Source: Octopus bimaculoides (Eukaryota). From it: a stretch of DNA of 64,000 bases. Position numbers and translations under genes: made by a program. Under the pieces are notes generated by a model. That model had not been told where the DNA came from, did no database searches, and saw only the letters and a program-made list of their open reading frames with translations. The stretch's first letter is position 1. Each line of letters starts with the position of its first letter. Where the stretch lies: the NCBI RefSeq assembly GCF_001194135.2, contig NC_068990.1, forward strand, positions 4,845,603 to 4,909,602, in the 5' to 3' direction. Positions 11,621 through 23,168 of the stretch are shown here, piece after piece.

Positions 11621-14159
11621 TAAAGAAAATAATTTAATTAAGAATTTCCAATTCAATGAGAAATAATTGTGTATTTGAATCTCGTTGTATCAACAATATT
11701 TTAACATTTAAGAATACGGGTCAGTTTATCTGCGTAAAAAACATACAAAGTATCTTACATTGAGGATAATCAGTAATAATTGCTTCCAAATATTTCCACA
11801 TGTTACTTTGAGGTTTCAATACATAAAAAAACTTTAATCTGAGAATTTACACATTTACACATTTTAAGTTTTCATCTTAAAAACATATCTTGTTTAAGGT
11901 TATAACCAATTTTGCTGATATCTTTCCTTTGTTTAAATGTAAAAGTTTTCTCTAGATTACAATAACAAAATTTGTCTTTCCCAAAATGCTCATTGTTAGT
12001 GTTATGTTGTGTATTTCCCCTTTAATAATATTAAAACACATACATACACAAAAAGATAAAATAAAGCTACAGTTGCAACTTCAAAAAGTGTACTTCTGGA
12101 TGATTTGAAAATATATCATGTGAAAACTTTCAAAAGTTAATCTCTGTTATTCCAGACAACAAGGGTGTATTAGGTAAGAATTATACAAAGAAGTTTATGG
12201 CAATGAGTACACTATTCAAAGCAGATCAAATATTATATCTGAATTTTGATATATTTTGAAAGGTTTGCAAAATTTCTACCCCATCACTGAAAATAAAATT
12301 TTACAATCAGAATCACCTAATCGATAATTGCTCTTGAATCAAAAAAGCCTCCAATACTTTTGATTTTCAATAGCCTTTCTAGATCATAGTCGATGCAACA
12401 ATATTATTGAAAAACTCTAAAAAAAAACCCACTTATTTCAGGTAACAAGAGATAGAGTAGAATATGTATTTTTTTGAAGATAATACTTGCATGTATTCTT
12501 TTTGTTATTATAAACAACATCACCAATACCATATTGTTGCCTCACTGTTTTTGATTCTGATCCACATCTGCTCCATATTTTCAAAATCTGAGTTCATATC
12601 TTAACTTTCTCAGCTATCAAGTTAGTAGAGCATTTTCCCCACCTTGATTACTGACAAACCAACAAATCTTCAAACATGCCCCAGAATTAACTTCAGTTGT
12701 AACAAAATTAGGACTGAATTTATCTTTTAGTATCTGGATGAATGGAATTAACTGCATGCTACATATCCTATGTCAGAGACATTCAGACGCATCTTATATC
12801 TCTCACTTCAAAACATTTGTAATGAGACAATCAGTGATAATTATTCACAACACCCTAAACTTCTCAAATGATCTCTTAAATTTAGCCGGTTTCTCTTTCT
12901 TCCTTTCCCCCTTTCTTCTTTGTAAACATCAATGTAACTCATTAAAAGCAAGATTTACTTGCAATCTCATTTTGTAATATGAAGCTGATAAAATTATGGT
13001 GAAATCAAGACTTGATATTGGTAGTCTTTAGCAAAGCATCAGCGACAAACATCCTGGCTAAACTTCAATTAAACTACATTAGATACTAGTAACTTAAATC
13101 TGAGTATTTCTCACTTGCAGGACCATATAATCTCCTATCAGTGTCTTTATCTCAATCTGCCATGAATTCTGATGTTATCTACACTTTCTCAGGTTTATTT
13201 TCTCTTCCTCATCAATTATTTTCAGTAAATTGCCATTAATCCTATTGACTACTTGGTTGATAACATAATTCTATATTTCTCAACATCTCCTCAACGGAAT
13301 GACAATAAATATTACACTGTGTTGACTATATTATAGATAATTAGTCTATCAATTCAGCAAAAAGAAAAGTAAAATTGCTTCAAGCAATACTTAAGCCGTG
13401 TAGGGCAAAAATTTAAACACAGTAAGGCATTTAGTTCTTGTTCTATTAGTTCATTCAATTCTATCATTGCAATTCTTCAAAATATTTGAAGAGAAATTCT
13501 CTGAGTGAAAATTTTAAACAGAACATTATGTTTCTAAAAGCATTGAGACATTTATATAAGGTAATATAAAGTACTGGTATTTGAAGTTAATTATTTGTTT
13601 TCATGTGCATCATATGCTTAATCTTGTTTCCATGAACAAAGAAAATAATGAATCCATAAATATAATGAAAATTGCTAATGAACTTACAAATTTGAAGAGC
13701 TTTGAAAATGAAAACACTTCAAATGTAATTATATTTATTGACGGGTAATACACAATTGGACATCAATTGTATGTTTACATTTTAAACAAAGTGACATATG
13801 AGCATGAAAGAAATTTGAGCTGTCAAAGGTTTATAAATCTACATTTATATTGATATTTTGGTTCAATGACCACTGCGCTAAGTGTCCTCAACAAAATTCA
13901 CTTTTCCCATTAGAATCTTTATATAAATTAATATTTACTTTTGAGATTTTTTAAAATTCAAGTATATGTCTACTTTGTATCCTACCTTTGCATTTTGGGT
14001 GAACTTTGATTTGTCTGTAAAATCTCTTCTAAAATATTTAACATATTTAACAGTGAAGCCTGTTCTGATTTCTTCAGATTCTTTTACATGTGTCTATTTA
14101 CATATAATTTATAGAGATCAGTATATTGAGATCATTTATTCTTTTATATATATATATAT

Positions 14160-14560
14160 TTATTTATTTTTTATTTATGGGTTTCAGCCAAGTGGCTGTG
14201 GTCATGCTGGAGCACCACCGTGATTTTCTGTCTTTATGCTTTGCTCTCTTCACGTTCCTTGCATGGCTCTTCTCCTGCACCTGATATGGTCCAATCAAGA
14301 GTTTTGATGGCACATCCAGTGTATAAGAGAATTTGACATCGCTGCCCTAAACTGTGTCTCATTTCGAGCCATTGGTTCGTCTGGTATCGTGGAGAGGAAA
14401 GCGTCGAGTTTTGTCTTGAAGACCTCCACATCCGTGTCTTGCAGGTCTCTCAAATGTTTTGGCAGGGCATTGAAGAGCTGAGGTCCTCTGAAACCGAGGC
14501 TGCTGCAGTATCTTGTTCTTATGTGAGATGCAGTGGACGGCACCTTTGGCACCATGCAAT
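14160..14560 (-). mobile_element. 5'-truncated CR1-group LINE (ORF C-terminus, 3' UTR, A-rich tail)
   Basis: ORF 14295-14555 reads VPKVPSTASHIRTRYCSSLGFRGPQLFNALPKHLRDL...VFKTKLDAFLSTIPDEP...RAAMSNSL, the typical CR1-type C-terminus (LFNxLP...FKxxLDxFL). An (AAAT)-rich tail follows. Confidence 0.85.
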
Positions 14561-15583
14561 AAGAAATTGGAGGGGATCAATAGGTGGTATTCATAAACTT
14601 ATAGACATTATATTATATCAATTTATTTATTTACTAAAAGGACAATTATAACAATATATATACATGTATGACATATTATGCTTTACATATATAATATATA
14701 AAATATAAAATATCAGTAATTATTAAAATATAACATATAGCAATAGAAATTGGAATAATATCTTACAGCTGTTTCAGCCAAGAAGCAAAAATACCTCATT
14801 CTACCTTTATCCCTCCAGTGGACTGAAGTAATTAGAAGATGAAATTGAGGTACTTGGGTGTTTCTCTAGGCTTTGCCACAGATTTTAGAAATTACATAAG
14901 GTTAAGTTATAAATATAAATACATACATATACACATACTTTTACATATACATTAATCCTCCCTTCTAAACACATCTAATACATATGTATTTATGAGTATG
15001 TTTGTACAGAAGTATATATATATATATATATATATATNNNNNNNNNNTCTCATACCTCTGTTTATATTTTATCTAATATGAATAATATAATGCATCTAAT
15101 AATAATAATAATTGATTCATTTGTATGCATATACATGCATTTATGTATGTACATTTAAGTGTAGGTATATGTATTTATGTATATTTATGTATATGTATGT
15201 ATATTTAAAGGATGTATATATGTATTTATATTTATAACTTAACCTTATGTAATTTCTAAAATCTGTGGCAAAGCCTAGAGAAACACCCAAGTACCTCAAT
15301 TTCATCTTCTAATTACTTCAGTCCACTGGAGGGATAAAGGTAGAATGAGGTATTTTTGCTTCTTGGCTGAAACAGCTGTAAGATATTATTCCAATTTCTA
15401 TTGCTATATGTTATATTTTAATAATTACTGATATTTTATATTTTATATATTATATATGTAAAGCATAATATGTCATACACGTATGTATATTGTTATAATT
15501 GTCCTTTTAGTAAATAAATAAATTGACATAATGTCTATAAGTTGATGAATACCACGTATTGGTCCCCTCCATTTTCTTATTGC
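14556..15583. repeat. Large inverted repeat (fold-back), arms 14556-14925 and 15219-15583
   Basis: Direct reverse-complement comparison: inner ~250 bp appear identical; outer ~115 bp differ by ~7 substitutions and one 5-nt indel. The ~290-bp spacer holds (TA)n and a 10-N gap. Confidence 0.95.
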
Positions 15584-15695
15584 TCTATTAATTAATGGTA
15601 AAATAACTCTTTACCCTTACCCATTTATTATACTTGATAATGTAATTGCCAGGCAATGAAAAAACACTTGTTTACACCAAACAAATTTTGGATAT

Positions 15696-15905
15696 ACTCT
15701 TTTACTCTTGTACTTGTTTCCGTCATTTGACTGTGGCCATGTTGGAGCACCACCTTTAGTCGAGCAAATCGACCCCAGGACTTATTCTTTGTAAACCTAG
15801 TACTTATTCTATCGGTCTCTTTTGCCGAACCGCTAAGTTACGGAGATGTAAACACACCATCATTGATTGCCAAGTGATGTTGGGGGGACAAACATATACA
15901 CACAC

Positions 15906-15961
<56 letters not shown>

Positions 15962-16120
15962 CGGGCTTCCTTCAGTTTCCGTCTACCAAATCCACTCAGA
16001 AGGCTGTGGTCGACCCGAGGCTATAGTAGAAGACACTTGCCCAAGGTGTCACGCAGTGGGACTGAACCCGAAGCATGTGGTTTGTAAGCAAGCTACTTAC
16101 CACACAGCCACTCCTACGCC
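15696..16120 (-). mobile_element. Full-length, CpG-retaining tRNA-derived SINE family 1
   Basis: tRNA-like head with A/B boxes, central core, internal (TA)n and a 3' tail ggtggtgctccaacatggccacagtcaaatgacggaaacaag. Confidence 0.9.
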
Positions 16121-16190
16121 TATATATCTAAAACCTAAACATTAAAAAATCTTAATACAAGTTTCTTATGAAATATAGAGAACAATATTT

Positions 16191-16283
16191 AGTAAAATAT
16201 ATAAAATATATAAAAAATATATAAGGAAAATATATAAAATATATAAAAAATATATAAGTAAAATATATAAAATATATAAAAAT
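16191..16283. repeat. 33-bp AT-rich tandem repeat, ~2.8 copies
   Basis: Unit AG(T/G)AAAATATATAAAATATATAAAAAATATATA starting at 16191, 16224 and 16257. Confidence 0.85.
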
Positions 16284-16499
16284 GGCTTCTATTCCTAAAA
16301 AGAAGGAATAAATCTTATCATTCTTCAAACTGTATCAGAAGATAAATTCTAAATGGCTTTAAATTTGTTAAGCTTCAAAATCATGTGGTATAGAAAAATG
16401 TATTTTTACTACACTTAGACAAACATTGAAAGAAAATAATACTGATTTCCACCTTAAACATGGCTAGTTACAGATATGGATAGGTGCAATTACAGACTC

Positions 16500-16680
16500 T
16501 GGAAGGTATAGCTGTATGGTTAAGATGTTTGCATTGCATCCATGCAGTTTCAGTTTCAATGCGATTGCAAGGAATCTTGTTTAAGTGTCTTTTACTACAA
16601 CTCTAGGTAGACCAATGTCTTGCAATAAATTTGTCAGATGGAAACCATAGGATGTGCGTTGAATGAACATATGTATGTAT
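16500..16680 (+). mobile_element. Degenerate SINE family 1, 5' part
   Basis: tagctgtatggttaag...aagtgtcttttactacaactctagg...cagatggaaac, followed by a (TG)n tract. Confidence 0.6.
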
Positions 16681-18014
16681 GTGTGTGTTTGTGTGTGTGG
16701 TGTGTGTGCATGCACATGTATGCATGTATGTGTAAGTATGTATATAAAAATGTGTGTGTATATAGTACCAGTAGTAATGATACCAAACATTACTGTTTAG
16801 TATTGCTACTACTGGTATCTGTTTTACAGATTATAGAACTTGCTATTTTAGCTTGTTGCAAAATCAGCAACTGATTGTCACTTGTTTGTTTGTATATTAT
16901 GAGTTGGGATGAATGACTGCCATCTCTAGCAGGCAGGCATCCAGTACTGAGGACAGGTAGGAACCCAGAAACCAGATTGTTCTACTGGTCTTGACACGCT
17001 GGAGGGGATTGGTTCATTCCTTTACTTGCAATATATCAGACATAAGTTGTGAGTCATTAACCAGCTGGAAAAGATGTTTTCCTGAGGCTAAAATGTAGTA
17101 ATGTAATTCTGAATGGAACAGCCATGCTGAAGTGGCTACAAACATTACTGTTTAGTATCGTTACTATTGGTATCTCTTTTAGAGATTTCAGAACTTGTTA
17201 CTTTAGCTTGTTGTCTATATATAAATATGTATTTGAGTGGCTCTGTATGCATGTACAAATTTGCATGATTAATGATATTCCATGTTGTCCCCACTTGAGT
17301 TGAAACAATGTCCTTTGGTACCAAAAAGATCGTTTGACTTTATTGAAATACAAATAAGAGTTGACAACAGAAAGAGCATCCAACCAGAAAATTCAGTTTT
17401 AAGGAATTCTTCCATTTAAGCCATTCCAGCATGAAAAACTAGAGGTTAAACAAATGACTATTAACATTAGGTCACAAGTAGGGACATGTACAATCAACTG
17501 AATGAGCTACAGTTTAAAACTAATAGCTCCACTAAGATAAGAGTTTGCATTAACTTTGACAGGATTTTTACCTAAAAATGCAAATGATAAAATTGAATAT
17601 TAAGAGGGACTTAGTTCTGAATTGTACCATATTTATCCATACCGTATCTATCCATTTGGCATTCTTTACACAAATATTCAGATCATGAATGTAAAACTAA
17701 AACATTTACATTAAAACAAAAACAGTGTTATAAACACAAAGTTTTTGCTGTTAATTTATTCTAAATTATTATATTTTAATCTATGTCCTCGAGAAATTTA
17801 AAAGTAAATAATATATTTTGCGTTGGAAAAAGCATCAAAAATCAAGAGAGGTCACCGACATAATAGCTTACTCTGAAATCCTGTGTATATTACATAATAA
17901 CAACAACAACAACAACAACAACAATAATAATAATAAGCTTAGGGAGAGGAAGTGGCCAAGCTTTCAGTCTCTTATCCTTTACTCACCCTAGGATGCTTGG
18001 CAAGTGATTGTAAC

Positions 18015-19225
18015 AAACATGCAGATTAAAAGTAAACTATAGAAATATAATTTTAGCAATAATCTTGACTGCAGTTGCAGCAGTTTGGCATGGTGATGGA
18101 ATTTTTAAGTGGACAGAGGATGAGCTAAAGGAATTGGATAGCAAGACAAGAAAACTTGTAACAGTGCAAGGAGCCCATCATCCATGTGCAGACATTGATT
18201 GCCTATACATGAAAATAGCTAATGGAGGAAAGAGACGGATAAGGGTGGAAGACTGTGTGCATATCAAACTGAGGAGCTTGCAGAGATACTTGGCCCAAAG
18301 TAAGGAAACCTTGCTAGTGTCAGTTAGGGATGAGGGCAAATGGAAAGCAGAGAAAAGGGGGAAAAATGAAACAAGAAGTACAAAAAGGATATTAAGAAGC
18401 ATTACATGATAAGAGACTTCACAGTCAATTCCATGTAGTAATAACTGAAGTTGCTGGAAAGCATAGGTGGGATTGGATGAAGAAAAGAGATGAGAGCACA
18501 ATACTGACAATCTTTGGCCACAGATTGGAGGGTCAACCTTGGGAATGAGCAAGTGTTTCCACCATGCTACATCTGTAATAGAGTGGACCAGACCATTGCT
18601 CATATCATGAACGAATGCTCTAGAGTCACTCAAAAACAACTATAAGATGTGATAACATGATGAGGTAGTGAAAGTGCTACATTGGAAACTATATAAAAGT
18701 TGGGTTTAGAGAGAGGCAGGACATGGTATCAACACAAACTGAAGAGAGTAGTGGTGTTGAAGATCTGCATAATCCTGTGGGATTTCCTAATCCAAACAGA
18801 TCAGGTGCTAGAAAACAACAAGCCGGACCTAGTGGTGGTGGACAATGTTAACAACATGTGCTATACAATTGATGATGTGTGCTCCTTTGACCCACAAATA
18901 GTCCAAGAAGGAAGGCACAAAAGTAGACATGTACAATCCTCTTAAGTATGAAACAGCCTGGCTATGGAAAATGAAGATAGTGTCAATTAGGTGCTGGGGA
19001 TCGTAGCAGAAGGCATCAAGAGGAATATAAAGGAAATCATAGTAGAGCGCCCAGTAGAGCTGTTACTAAAGGTTTGCTTCTATGGCACAGCAAGAGTAAT
19101 TAGGAAAGTATTAGATAACTAAGAACAAATTGCATGGTACTGTATGCTGCAGGTAGCATGCCTGCTACACTTACAAGACTTCTAGAAGTTCTAACAAAAC
19201 CTGCATTAAAAGGAATAATAATAAT
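18015..19225 (+). mobile_element. 5'-truncated R4/Dong-clade non-LTR retrotransposon (RT C-terminus, Zn-knuckle region, REL endonuclease, (TAA)n tail)
   Basis: Motifs GIFKWTEDELKELDSKTRKL...HHPCADIDCLYMK, TIAHIMNECS, HDEVVKVLHWKL, ILWDFLIQTDQVLENNKPDLVVVD (PD..D REL) and GTARVIRKVLDN* (stop at 19122). (AAT)4 tail at 19214-19225. Confidence 0.92.
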
Positions 19226-19581
19226 CATCATCATCATTTAATGTCTGCTTTCCATGCTGCCATGGGTTGGATGGTTTGACTGAGGGCTGGCGAGCCAGAA
19301 GGCTGCACAAGTCTCCAATCTGATCTGGCAAAGTTTCTACAGCTGGATGCCCTTCCTAACGCCAACCACTCCATGAGTGTAGTGGGTGCTTTTACATGCC
19401 ACTGGCACGAGGGCCAATCAGGAGGTACTGGCATCAGCCATGCTCAAATGGTGCTTTTTACGTGCCACCTACATAGGAGCCAGTCCAGCGGCACTGGCAA
19501 TGACCACGCTCAAATTGTGCCTTTTTTATGTGCCACCGGCATGAGAGCCAGTCAGTGGCTTTGGCAATGATCACGCTCGAA
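19226..19581 (-). mobile_element. RTE-type 3' UTR/tail element with (ATG)n tail
   Basis: catcatcatcatttaatgtctgctttccatgctgccatggg...ggatgcccttcctaacgccaaccac, the same family as 10841 and 59668. Confidence 0.8.
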
Positions 19582-19619
19582 TATTAATAATGATGATGAT
19601 GATGATGATGATAGTTCAG

Positions 19620-20170
19620 TACTAGGCAGTGGTTCAAGTGGTTTCTGAACTTAATTGAGTGGAAGTGTTAACATGTAATTGTTTTTGACTTGGTATAAAA
19701 GATGGGCTACAGTAAATATTCTTCTCAAAATCCACAGATCTGCTTGTCAGTTGCTTGGCCATAACCAGTTGAGCACGTCCCTTGGTGGCTGACAATATGT
19801 GCATCTCTGATCACGAGCAGAATTAGAGGGGGAGCATCATAGCCATGTAGTGAGAGGAATTCTTTGGGGTTTGAATAATTCACCTCTGGAAACATGGGTG
19901 TTTCACTCATCATCCTAAGACAACTCTTATTCAGGTACCTTATTCAGGATGGGCTACTCGATCTGAAGAAAAGTCTAACTGAGCCCCACCTGCAAGGTCA
20001 TGTGCTGTTTACCTTGATATAAGATCACTATGTTGTGTGCATATGGCTGTAATGTATGTTCCTTCCTGATGTCCCCTTGTCAGCTGACTAATCTCGTTGG
20101 GTATATTGGGAGTCATATATTTGTACCCAGCATCACGTTGATGGTGTGAACTGCTCTCTCACTCAATAGT
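19620..20170. repeat. ~550-bp GC-elevated interspersed-repeat-like segment, class not determined
   Basis: Abrupt rise in GC with retained CpGs, bounded by (GAT)n and (TA)n. No second copy in the window and no ORF. Confidence 0.45.
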
Positions 20171-20946
20171 TATATATATACACAGGTGATATTTAGTAGA
20201 AGCAGAAAACTTAACAAAACATTACACTGAATAATTTCTTATTTCTGATCCTCTGATAACAGTGATAAACAGAACAAGAAATAAAAAGAAACAAATATTT
20301 GCAGAAATATACAAAATTTATGTGGTGTTGGGAAATGCCCATTAGACCTCATTCCTCAAATCCGAAATATAGCAAAAAGGAAAAAAACAGAAATGCATCA
20401 TTAAAAGGTAAGAGTGATACAGGGTAGGGATGATAAGAAGTGACAACAGTAAATAGAGGGAAAAAAAATTATATTGAAAAATTGCACTTGTATGGGAGGA
20501 AAAGCCATTTGTTATTAAAATTATCAGATTAAGTATGCATGCAATTAAACTGTAAAGAAAATATATTAAAAATATATATTCCTATACGATCAATAATTAA
20601 AAAAATACATATAAATTCATACTCGGGAATTTTCCTGTGAAAATGTGTATGTAGAAAATTGTGTCAGAATGGGGAGTGGGGGAAGAGGAGTGGGGGAAGA
20701 TGGGTGGGGGAAGAGGAGTGGGAAAATGTATATATTAAAATTATTGAATTAGAAATATTGAATTAAAATATGTGTGCCAGTAAATTATAATGAAAATGTA
20801 TTAAAAATATGTGTTTGTGTGTTTGTGTTTGTATGTGTGTGTATGTGTGTGTGCGTGTGTGTATATATATCATCATCATCATCATCATCATCATCGTTTA
20901 ACGTCCGCTTTCCATATATATATATATATACACACGCACTCACACG

Positions 20947-20996
<50 letters not shown>

Positions 20997-21807
20997 AATA
21001 TATATATCTTCATACAAGAGAGTTTTCCAGTAGAAGAGGCATAAAAGAAATAAAGTGAATGTGAAGCTGAACAACAAGACAACAAAAGCCAAATTGATTT
21101 TAGCAATATTGATTAAGAAGGCCTATAATAAACCAAATGTAATAAGAGCTTGTAGCTAAGAAAATAAAGTTCATACTTCCATATTTTACATTCAAACCGA
21201 GAGAATCCAGGGACAAAATAAGCAGCCTTTTGGATTGGCACATCTTTGGCTGGAAACTTTCATGGTGATATGGAAGTGCTAGTCTCAAGATTTACTAAGG
21301 AATATTTAATGTAAGGCTAAGTATATTTCAATAAATGCACATTTTCTTTCAAGAGAATAAGGAAACACCTGAAGGTGTTTATGAAGGTTCAATTGCATAC
21401 ATATGTCTGTGGAATGCTCTGACATCAACCATTTACATGTTAATTCAACGAGCAGTTAACTCAATTGATCAAACAACTGAATCTGCATAGTCAAAACCAA
21501 TGGAATAGCCACACACACACACACCCACCACATACACACAAAATTATAGTAGTATTGATTTTGATGCTGATGGGATAGCCAGCAATTCTCAATCAGAAAT
21601 GCAAAATTTCACACTCCACTATTATACTTGACAAGAATATTGTCAACCATTATGATAGTTTTTTGAAGGAGGTCAATCAGCAATTATCTTGTTGATAAAT
21701 TCGGTTTAAATTTGTTTGTATGAAAGCAATGGTACTCGATTTTTAACATAAATTCCCTAAAAAAAAGTGTATATACACACACTCACATTTATGTGTGTGT
21801 GTGTGTA

Positions 21808-22211
21808 TGTGAATGGCTGTCTGGTAGGAAGCTTGCTTTTCAACCATATGGTTTTGAGTGCAGTCCCACTGTGTGGCACCATAGGCAAGTGCCTTCTACT
21901 ATAGCCTCAAGCCAACCAAAGCTTTGTCAGTGGATTTGGTAGACGGAAACTGAAAGAAGCCCATCGTTTATGTTTGTGTATGTATGACTTTGTGTATGAT
22001 TGTGTGTCTGTGTTTATCCTCCACCACCGCTTGACAACTAGTGTTTGTGTGTTTCCATCCCTAGAATTTAGTGGTTCAGTAAAAGACAACAACAGAGTAA
22101 GTAGAAGGCATAAAAGGAAGGTAAGTACTGGGGGTCAATTCTTTCAACTAAAAATTCTTCAAGGTGGTACTCCAGCATGGCCACAGTCTAATGACTGAAA
22201 CAAGTAAAAGA
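21808..22211 (+). mobile_element. Full-length SINE family 1
   Basis: Colinear with the reverse complement of 15696-16120 and 27738-28100. Confidence 0.9.
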
Positions 22212-22236
22212 TGCAAATAAAGTTTATATGAATAGT

Positions 22237-23168
22237 GATACAGAAATAGCTCACTTCCTGAAAGTTGCCTGATCCTTCATTGTCAAAATTTGAAAGGAGC
22301 TGGAAGATGCTGACAGGGATCAGCACCAGCAAACCACATACACAAAATCCTAATAGCATCAGAACACATAAATGTGTACAAAAAATCCTAGAAATAATCA
22401 ATAAAAACACTGGAAAGTCAATCAAAACAGAGGACCTCAAGTTTTCAGAGTGACAGCATAAGAAGAGTTGTGTATGAGGACATCTGGTACAAGTTGTATG
22501 TGATGCAGAGGTGTTAATTTATGTCAGATGTGACAAGAGAGAAGCATTCTAATAGTGCAAAGTGCTTGTTAAACAGCTAAAACACCAAGAAGCTAGAATG
22601 CTTTGGTTTTTCTCTAATACCAAAACTTAGACTAGGACCACAATGTAAACCAAATAAAAGACAGATGGTTATGCAGACCTGAATAAAATTCCAGTGGTCA
22701 TGCATACTAAGTTCCCAATGATCATGATGGATTTGGGAGTCATGACAATGAATGAGATGTCATACTCCCTCACTTTCTTTCACAAGGTTTAAGACTCAAT
22801 GACTCAGTCTACACAGAAGTGATGGAGAAGGTTGTGAGGTCCTAGATAGACAGAGAATGAAATGAAGACTCTATGCCATCTTATAAGGTTATGATAATTC
22901 AAGAATAGATGTGTACCAATCACCATGATCCTGTTCTTCCAGACACATGGCCTCCTAGCTCATCAGGCCTCAATGCACTGAACTATTACATATGGGGCAT
23001 AGTCGAGAGAGAGGTCAATCAACACCCCATAATACCATACAATCCTACAATCTGCCATAACCAGCAATATGCCCAAAATTAAAAAAAGATCATCTGATTG
23101 AGGTATGTCAATGCTTCCAACCTTGCAATAAAGTAGCCATTGATGCTAACAGTAACTTCATGGAATAG
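22237..23168 (+). mobile_element. Decayed Tc1/mariner-superfamily transposase (maT/DD37D-like)
   Basis: Frameshifted pieces EIAHFLKVA, MLWFFSNTKT (FFSDEKxF), IPVVMHTKFPMIMMDLGV, YTEVMEKVV and WPPSSSGLNALNYYIWGIVEREVNQHP (WPPxSPDLNPLDYxxWG). TIRs not identified. Confidence 0.85.

Noticed and set aside
12520-13320. Strand-biased segment resembling an old LINE
   Set aside because: No recognisable motif in any frame.
15696-16120. tRNA genes
   Set aside because: tRNA-like A/B boxes occur only as SINE heads; no complete cloverleaf seen.
11111-19581. Repeat-spacer-like arrays (also 60357-60640) as CRISPR
   Set aside because: Only 3 degenerate units with homologous spacers, located in LINE UTRs of a eukaryote, and no cas genes.
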